From Utricularia gibba (lineage: Eukaryota; Plantae; Magnoliophyta): 64,000 nt of DNA. The notes below the pieces were generated by a model. The model was not told the origin of the DNA. It searched no databases and saw only the letters and a program-made list of their open reading frames with translations. The stretch spans positions 1,922,001 through 1,986,000 of the forward strand of contig NEEC01000012.1 of the NCBI GenBank assembly GCA_002189035.1, in the 5' to 3' direction. Shown one piece after another: positions 63,840 to 64,000 of this stretch (position 1 is its first letter; every line of letters begins with the position of its first letter). The position numbers and the translations under genes were made by a program.

Positions 63840-64000
63840 CTCATATGCAATTATAATGGCCGCCGCCGCTTCTATTGCCGTCACCGTCGTGTCTTCTGGT
63901 TCAGGTTGTGGCTTTTCGAGCAAGCCTGAGCCGTGCATCACCTGCGCTAGCTTGTTTGCTATCCGCCGTCGAACTGCCTGGCCATTGAGCAAACTGGTAC
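63840..64000. other. GC-rich coding-like segment cut by the window edge
   Basis: Open on + from ATG 63856 (MAAAASIAVTVVSSG..., transit-peptide-like) and open in two minus frames; the flank resembles a minus-strand 3' UTR. Strand and product unresolved. Confidence 0.35.

Noticed and set aside
1-64000. CRISPR arrays, rRNA, tRNA, organellar insertions
   Set aside because: None seen; the sequence is plant nuclear DNA and its repeats are explained by TEs, microsatellites and segmental duplication.

Overview
Gene-dense eudicot nuclear DNA (AT-rich intergenic, short GT-AG introns). The window opens with a complete but decayed CRM-type Ty3/gypsy LTR retrotransposon (633-7108, TSD CCATC), followed by a CCR-like/PAR reductase gene. 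The stretch from about 12.3 to 26.9 kb reads as a heavily deleted, collinear older copy of the gene block that starts at about 27.1 kb. The left copy contains a PPR pseudogene, an intact DUF538/SVB-like gene, an RPS6 scrap, an intact capping-protein alpha (CPA) gene, the 5' part of MED15 and the 3' part of purH. The right copy contains a PGN-like PPR gene, a DUF538 remnant, TPR5/RPAP3-like, nicotianamine synthase (with an intron), USP, RING+PHD, SYP4, DPD1, a CPA remnant, mitochondrial RPS6 and a second CPA. The most striking observation is that a deletion has joined the KIX-domain exons of MED15 to the promoterless CPA copy. A GT-AG intron across the junction (20596-20761) would splice them in frame into a 535-aa KIX-CPalpha chimeric protein. 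Three single-base homopolymer deletions (two in RING-PHD, one in the second CPA) may be assembly errors. All gene models and counts were derived by hand; family assignments come from recalled protein motifs, not from database searches.
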